A DNA stretch of 33,670 bases from Ministeria vibrans ATCC 50519 (lineage: Eukaryota; Protista; Filasterea). Shown one piece after another: positions 26,831 through 33,670 of the stretch. The notes beneath the pieces are model-generated. The model had not been told where the DNA came from. It made no database searches and saw only the letters and a program-made list of their open reading frames with translations. Each line of letters opens with the position of its first letter. Within the stretch, counting starts at the first letter, position 1. A program made the position numbers and the translations under genes. The stretch spans positions 1-33,670 of the forward strand of contig CALSCP010002467.1 of the NCBI GenBank assembly GCA_943704425.1, read 5' to 3'.

Positions 26831-28585
26831 GTGTACCGCTCATACATTGGGACGGGCTATGTCGGGACGATTGTGCCGCCCGTGATCCAGCGCAACATCC
26901 TGGAGAACCCCGGCTGGTACACGCAGTACACGCCGTATCAGCCGGAGGTGGCGCAGGGACGACTGGAGTCGCTACTCAACTTCCAGACCATGATCAGCGA
27001 TCTCACTGGCCTGCCCATGTCCAACGCTTCGCTCCTCGATGAGGCCACGGCGGCTGCTGAAGCCATGGGTATGTGCTTTGAAGCGGCGAAAAAAGGCAAG
27101 GGCATCCCTAAGAATGTCTTCTTTGCCGACGCCAACTGCCACCCTCAGACCCTGGCGCTCATCATGACACGCGCCTCCTCCCTGAACATCCATGTCATCA
27201 TTGCGCCGTGGAAGACATGGAATTTTGAACGGGAGGATGTCAATGGACGTGTGTGCGGCGCCATTGTGCAATACCCCGACACGAACGGCACGGTGCACGA
27301 GTACAGCGCGCTCTCGGAGCAGGTGCACGCCCAGGGCGGCCTTATGGTCGTCGCCGCCGATATCCTTGCCCTCACCATGCTGCGACCTCCCGGGGAGTTT
27401 GGTGCGGACGTGGCGCTAGGCACAACCCAGCGCTTTGGTGTTCCCATGGGTTTTGGCGGCCCACACGCCGCCTACTTCTGCACCACCGAGAAGCTCATCC
27501 GCAAGATGCCCGGCCGTATTGTGGGCATCAGCCAGGATGCACGCGGCGAACCGGGCATCCGTCTGGCTCTTCAGACACGCGAGCAGCACATCCGTCGCGC
27601 CAAGGCCACTAGCAACATTTGCACGGCGCAGGCACTGCTCGCCAACATATCCGTCATGTACGCCATCTACCACGGACCCCACGGCCTCACCGCTATCGCC
27701 AAACACGTGTCTCAGTCCACAGCCGCCCTTGCTGACGCTATCACACAACACACACTCAATACAGTGCTTGCCGGTGACGTCTTTGACACCCTCCGCGTCA
27801 CCCCCAACTCTCACGAGGAGCTCCTTGCCATTGCGGCGCGCGCCGAGTCACTTCACATCAACTTGCGCATCCTCAACGACGGTACCGACGACGTATGCGT
27901 CACCCTCGACGAGACTGTCACCCCTCACGACCTCGCCGACTTGTTCTACGTCTTTGGCGTTGGTGACCGCGAGGGCATGTCCGACCTTCTCGCTGCCATC
28001 CCCACTCGCTCCTCCTTTGACTCCTCCTTTGCTCGCACCAGCCCCTTTCTCACTCACTCCATCTTCAACTCGTGCAGCAGCGAAACAGACATGCTGCGCT
28101 ACATCAAACTTCTCGAGAGCCGCGATCTGTCGCTGTGCCACTCGATGATCCCGCTCGGCTCCTGCACCATGAAGCTCAACGCCACCTCGGAGATGCTCCC
28201 GCTCACCTTCCCCGAGTTTAGTAACATCCACCCATTTGCGCCTCTCTCACAGACCGAGGGCTACCACACACTCTTTCATGAGCTTGAGAAGGATCTCTGC
28301 GAAATCACGGGCTACGACGGCTTCTGTCTGCAGCCCAACAGCGGTGCACAAGGCGAGTACACCGGCCTGCGCGTCATCCGCGCGTACCACGAGGCGCGTG
28401 GCGACAACAACCGCCATGTGTGCCTCATTCCCACCAGTGCACACGGTACCAACCCAGCCAGTGCCCACATGGCAGGGCTCACTGTCGTCGACGTCCAGAC
28501 TGACGAGCACGGCGCAATCGACATGAACGAGCTGCAGGCGCAGGTCTGCACACAAAGACTCACCTCAAAACACATACGCACCACC

Positions 28586-28683
<98 letters not shown>

Positions 28684-30396
28684 NNNNNNNNNNNNNNNNN
28701 NNNNNNNNNNNNNNNNNNNNNNNNNNNNNNNNNNNNNNNNNNNNNNNNNNNNNNNNNNNNNNNNNNNNNNNNNNNNNNNNNNNNNNNNNNNNNNNNNNNN
28801 NCACACACACACAGACACACACACACACACACAGACACATACATACATACATACGTACATACATACATACATACATACATACATACATACATACATACAT
28901 ACACTCACTATACGTTGCATGACCCTCTGTTATAGATTGAGAAGTGGAGCGACTCTCTCGCGTGTGTCATGATCACCTACCCTTCAACATACGGTGTCTT
29001 TGATGAAGGAATTCGCGACATCTGCTCGCTGGTGCACGCACACGGTGGACAAGTGTACCTTGACGGTGCAAACCTTAACGCACAGGTGGGCCTGTGCCGT
29101 CCTGGTGACTATGGCTCTGACGTGAGCCATCTCAACCTCCACAAGACCTTCTGGTATGCACACTCATCTACACAGGCATGTTCATGGTCTGACGCTCTGT
29201 TCGCATGTGTGCGTAGCATTCCTCATGGTGGAGGTGGCCCTGGGATGGGCCCTATTGGCGTGAAGGAACATCTCATTCCCTTCCTCCCGACCCACCCTCT
29301 TGTGCCATTTCTCGGTGGCCCCCAGTCCTTTGGAACCATCTCAGGCGCACCCTGGAGCTCCTCGTCCATTCTTCCAATCAGGTACATTGCTGTTCCTTCC
29401 TATGCACACACATTGCACACGACACACACACACTCAACAACACAATATATACACGCACCACAATACACTATATACCCACACAGAGAGACAAATAAATACT
29501 CACATATACACTATTAAGTTGGGCATATCTGCGTCTGATGGGCTCGAGTGGACTCCGGCGTGCCTCTGAGATTGCCATCCTTAATGCTAACTACATGGCG
29601 GCTCGTCTGCGACCCCACTACCCGATTCTTTTCACCAACCTCAAGGGTTACTGTGCCCATGAGTTTATCATCGATGTCCGCCACTTCCAAAAGACAGCCG
29701 GTGTGGAGGCAGCAGACATTGCAAAGCGACTTCAGGTGAGCACGAGAGAGAGACGGAGACTCAGAGAGAGAATAACAGAGAAGGAGACGCAGAGAAAGCC
29801 ATAGACAATGGACACCTCAATTTGCTTTCTATCTCTCTCTCTTTCTTTCTCTCTCAATGTAGGACTACGGGTTCCATGCGCCCACTATGTCCTGGCCAGT
29901 CACCAACACACTGATGATCGAACCCACTGAGAGCGAAAGCAAAGAAGAAATGGACGTAAGGCAAACATATACCGTCTCTCTCTCTCACTCACCCCCAACA
30001 TCGCACACACACACACTCTCTCTCTCTCTCTCTCTCTATCACTTTGTTTCTTTTTCCCTCCTTTCTCCCTCCTGTTTTTCCCCCCTCCTTAGCGCTACGT
30101 TGAAGCACTGATTAGCATTCGTGAAGAAATTCGCGAGATTGAGGAGAACACGTTTGACCAGAAGAATAACCTTCTCAAGAACGCACCGCACCCACTCGCA
30201 TCTGTTACCGCCTCCGAATGGCCCTACCCGTACTCCCGCGAACGCGCTGCTTATCCCAAGGTACGTCAAGCTGACAGATTATATATGACTGACGGACCAT
30301 TTGTAGGACTGGTTGCGTCGTTCTAAGTTCTGGCCCTCCACTGCCCGCATCAACGATGTCTTTGGCGACCGTCACGTTCAAGCCCGACTCGTCTAA
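26188..30396 (+). CDS. GLDC: Mitochondrial glycine dehydrogenase (decarboxylating), glycine cleavage system P protein
   Basis: Arg/Ser-rich presequence, [67 protein letters not shown] (PLP lysine), [33 protein letters not shown]. Confidence 0.98.
28587..28903. repeat. (CA)n and (TACA)n microsatellites with N gap in a GLDC intron
   Basis: Directly visible; N gap at about 28684-28801. Confidence 0.95.
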
Positions 30397-30484
30397 AAAA
30401 AAACTCCCACAAATACTTAATACTTTACTCACAATACACATATTCTCTAAATCTCTATCTCTCTCGGACCATCTCGTACAAAAC

Positions 30485-31975
30485 TTAACACGAACCAGTC
30501 TTCTCGCAGAATACATCCATCTCCCTCAATAATGCCACTGCACGCCCCGCCAGCTCATACTCAAGGGCCTCCATCCCATCGTCGCCGCGAGTGCCCTCGT
30601 CCCTCTCCACCCGAGCGCTCATTGTCACCAGCGTCCGTCGAACGTCGCTTTGCACTCCCCCGAAGCGCGCCAGACACGGCACAAGCGCTTGTGACACAAA
30701 CTCCAATGCCTTGTCTCGCACATCATAGCTCGCCTCCACGCCATTCAACAGCACAGCAACCCGTCCACACCATTCGCCCCGCACCACCTGTCGCATCGTG
30801 CGTCGCCCATCTGCCTCGGGCAATCGCTCCACTGCCTCTCCGAGTACATCCCCAATGAGCCCCAGCATTCGTACGCGCACTCGCTCCCCCGCCCTCCCTG
30901 CACTCCCAACCCTCTCCCATGCCTTACTCAGCGCCTCAAGTACTCCTCCTTCCACAAACTGCCGCTGGCCCTCCGTCGAGTGTCGTACCAGCGCTGACAG
31001 GGCATACAGACTGCGCTTGGTCACAAGCACACTGCTCTTCCCATCCTCTACCCGTCCCACAAGCGCCTCCATTGCCCCGTATCCAATTGCTTGCTGCTGT
31101 ACCTTTGCATTGCTCTGCGCGGCAGAGCCAAGCACAAGTGCAGCTGACGCCACCAGTCGGTCGCTCGTCGTTCGAGCCGCAATCAGACGGACGAGCGGCT
31201 CCAGTCCGCCAAGCGTGTCCAAATCTCCTCCATTGTCCACCTGGTGCACGAGATCCTCCAAGTCCAAAAACGCATCGTTGATGTCGTCTTCAGTTGCACC
31301 GGCGCTGAGTATCACTTGAATGCACTTGCGCATCGACACAATGTCGTCGCGCACAAACACGTCGTTCGACTCGAGCTCCTCCATCACCGCCTTCAGCTCC
31401 TCCAGCGTGCGCTGGCCCTCCATTGGCACCGTTCCATTCACCACATTCACCATTCCCGCTGCTTCCATGTCTCTCGCAAGCGTCGCGTCGTCAATGTGGC
31501 CAAATCGCGACGCAAGCTCTTCCTTGGTCACGACACTGATCGACGGCTCCTTCACGCTCACCGTCGCTCCGCCACGGTCTTCTTCGTCAAGCAACTTGGC
31601 TCGCTTGCGTCCCGTTGTCATGTCAATCTCATAGTGAAGTCCCGGGGGGAGCGCTATAACACGAGAGAAGTGTGAGACATCAAATCGACGCGTCGAGAAC
31701 CAAAGTGCCACATCAACAGACGCTGGCACGCGCTCTCAGCCCGCAATCCACAGCTTACGCGTCTCTGAGTCCACCTCTTGCCATTCATGCGTGGGAATGA
31801 ACGGCTCTCTCGGCCCCTGTCGCCCAGAGGAGTCGCGCGTTGTCGTCGTCGGAGAATCGTCGACCACCGCACCAACAGCAACGACCTGAGAGTCGTGCCC
31901 GCTCGCAGACGCCGACAGTAACACTATAGCTATGGCCACGATAAGAATCGTCTTTGTGCTCGTCGATTGTTTCAT
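30485..31975 (-). CDS. SIL1: ER nucleotide exchange factor SIL1 (BiP co-chaperone), 2 exons
   Basis: Signal peptide MKQSTSTKTILIVAIAIVLLSASA; FIPTHEWQEV; phase-1 intron (about 31759-31655); PLPPGLHYEIDMTTGRKRAKL; armadillo core LEDLVHQVDNG..LGSAAQSNAKVQ..LYALSALVRH. Confidence 0.9.
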
Positions 31976-32121
31976 GTTTTCCTTTGAAAAAAAGTGGTTT
32001 TTTTCTTCTGAAAGATCAATAATAATAATAATAATTACTCCTCGTATTCATGAATAATAATTATAAATAATTATTAATAATTATTATTAATATTTTCCTT
32101 CACACACGGGCCACACCTTTG

Positions 32122-33498
32122 ATGGAGACTCCATTGCGCGTTGGCAATGAGATCGCCTTGGATCGTGCCCAATTCGTTGCCTTCACCGTGCCCGTGGCTT
32201 TCCATGCCAAGGACCTCAGACGCTCTCTCGCCGTTCCCATCAATGCTCTCGCCTTCCGCACTCTCCACTACCGCCATAGACCCTATGCGCGCGTGCCGAT
32301 TGCATTCCAATGCCCCGATACGTTGACGCTGCCAAAAACACCCCACAACGTCGCTTTGGCGCTCATGGACGGTCGAGCGGCGCGCTCCTTCGTCCAGACG
32401 TTTCACCGTCGTCGCTGGCTGAACCGCCGCGGCACGCCCGTCGCCCAGCAGTGCTGCGCCTGGATTGTGCCCGACGCCACACTCTCGCTGGATTCCGTAC
32501 TCCCGGGGCGCTCGAAGCCTGTGCGGCAGATGCAGGAGTTCAGTGCGCCGTCCATCATTCCTCGCGGAAACGTTGGCACTCCCGTCGTCGAACTACTCCA
32601 GCTCATTGAACAATGCCGTATGCCTACGTCGCTCGTGCGCTCACTTGACCTCTCCGCTGACTTTCCTCGACCCGGCTACCACGCTCAAGCGCCCCCACGA
32701 CACAGCGTCCTTCACAACGTCTCGGCTCACATCTATGGCGACGATGAGACGCCTCGACTCTCCGACGACGCCGACGATAGCGGCGAAGATTGGGAGCGCG
32801 TCGACGATCACAATGACGACCCACTGCGTCTCATTCGAAGGAAAGACCACGAGCGTCTGTTTGAGGAGAACGAGCAAAAACCGTGGGAAAAGGGAGGCTC
32901 AGGCCTCGTCTTCTACACGGACGCTGTGTACTGGCGCGCACTCGAGGGCGATTTTGACGAACAGACCACCAATGCCACGGGCGAGAACCTTGATTGCATG
33001 TATGTGCGCGATGCAAAGCAACGCGCCAGTGTTGTCGGATCCTCAAGTGTGCTCCTGCGGGAACAGCAGCTAAAGCAGGAGAGAGACCAGAGTCTCCCAG
33101 ACGCAGACACGAACGAAGAAGAAGGAGAAGATAATGATGATGTTGCTGATGCTGACGGAAATGACGAAGAAGAAGAGATCGTTACACGACGATTGAAGCG
33201 ACGAGAAGGATTATCATTGGATGGTGGAGTGCGCAAGGCAGGCTTTCCAGGAGAAGGGGGTCGGCAACGACGGGCGATGCAGCGAGCGCGTCGCCAGGCG
33301 CAGGTGGAGCGGGAACAAGGGGTCGATGTGAGCTCAGAGGCGGTCAAGCGGCGTCGCTATGGCCGTGGCCTTGCCATCGTGCAGGCGTCGGGGTGGCGGC
33401 CTGGCCAGGGGCTGGGTCCTCGCAACGATGGTATTCGTGTGCCAATTTCAGATGCTCCTAATCAGAAGCGATTTGGTTTGGGATTCGACAAAACTTGA
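32122..33498 (+). CDS. GPATCH3: G-patch domain-containing protein 3, intronless
   Basis: PRGNVGTP..LLQLIEQCRMP..LDLSADFP; EDWER; ERLFEE..KPWEKGGSGLVFYTDAVYW; C-terminal G-patch GRGLAIVQASGWRPGQGLG..GI..RFGLGF. Confidence 0.9.
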   Translation: METPLRVGNEIALDRAQFVAFTVPVAFHAKDLRRSLAVPINALAFRTLHYRHRPYARVPIAFQCPDTLTLPKTPHNVALALMDGRAARSFVQTFHRRRWLNRRGTPVAQQCCAWIVPDATLSLDSVLPGRSKPVRQMQEFSAPSIIPRGNVGTPVVELLQLIEQCRMPTSLVRSLDLSADFPRPGYHAQAPPRHSVLHNVSAHIYGDDETPRLSDDADDSGEDWERVDDHNDDPLRLIRRKDHERLFEENEQKPWEKGGSGLVFYTDAVYWRALEGDFDEQTTNATGENLDCMYVRDAKQRASVVGSSSVLLREQQLKQERDQSLPDADTNEEEGEDNDDVADADGNDEEEEIVTRRLKRREGLSLDGGVRKAGFPGEGGRQRRAMQRARRQAQVEREQGVDVSSEAVKRRRYGRGLAIVQASGWRPGQGLGPRNDGIRVPISDAPNQKRFGLGFDKT

Positions 33499-33552
33499 TG
33501 TGCACAAAAAGTGTGTGTGAGTATACGTATCCACAAAACACAATGGCATGTC

Positions 33553-33670
33553 TTATTCTGAGCGCCTCATTTTGAGACCCCGGTTATGCACGGTCGGTTC
33601 TGTCATGTATGTTGTGACCTTTTTGCGTGCCTCATCCTCCTCGGTCGCTCCACTACCATCGCCCTCGGTG
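33553..33670 (-). CDS. Possible 3' end of a gene extending beyond the window
   Basis: Minus-strand open frame TEGDGSGATEEDEARKKVTTYMTEPTVHNRGLKMRRSE* in GC-rich sequence; no recognisable domain. Confidence 0.3.
   Translation of the reverse strand, partial: TEGDGSGATEEDEARKKVTTYMTEPTVHNRGLKMRRSE

Overview
Gene-dense eukaryotic DNA from a flagellated (cilium-bearing) unicellular organism, with short GT-AG introns often filled with microsatellites, GC-rich exons and very AT-rich spacers. About 14 genes can be reconstructed by manual splicing: a His/Asp-rich NDNF-like/EGF/Cys-rich membrane protein (5'-truncated), an LRR protein, a ZIP metal transporter divergent from an FAD/NAD(P)-dependent oxidoreductase, PUF60, NOL12/Rrp17, MDM1-like, an Anp1/Mnn9 (GT62) mannosyltransferase, CFAP45-like, a CBS-domain protein, glycine decarboxylase P protein, SIL1 and GPATCH3. 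The standout is a single spliced gene at about 19680-24519 (about 1360 codons) that the ORF track splits into fragments. It encodes WD40 repeats, a Roc GTPase, a COR-like region and a caspase-fold protease with an intact His/Cys dyad. Six consecutive WD40 repeats are each encoded by an exact 126-bp phase 2-2 exon. This suggests an NLR-like sensor-switch-effector immune or cell-death receptor with a shuffle-ready sensor. A second candidate system is a putative zinc-starvation locus at 1-7916: a His-rich surface protein plus a ZIP transporter and flavoprotein sharing a bidirectional promoter with an 18-bp perfect palindrome. All family assignments come from motif recognition by eye; no database searches were run.
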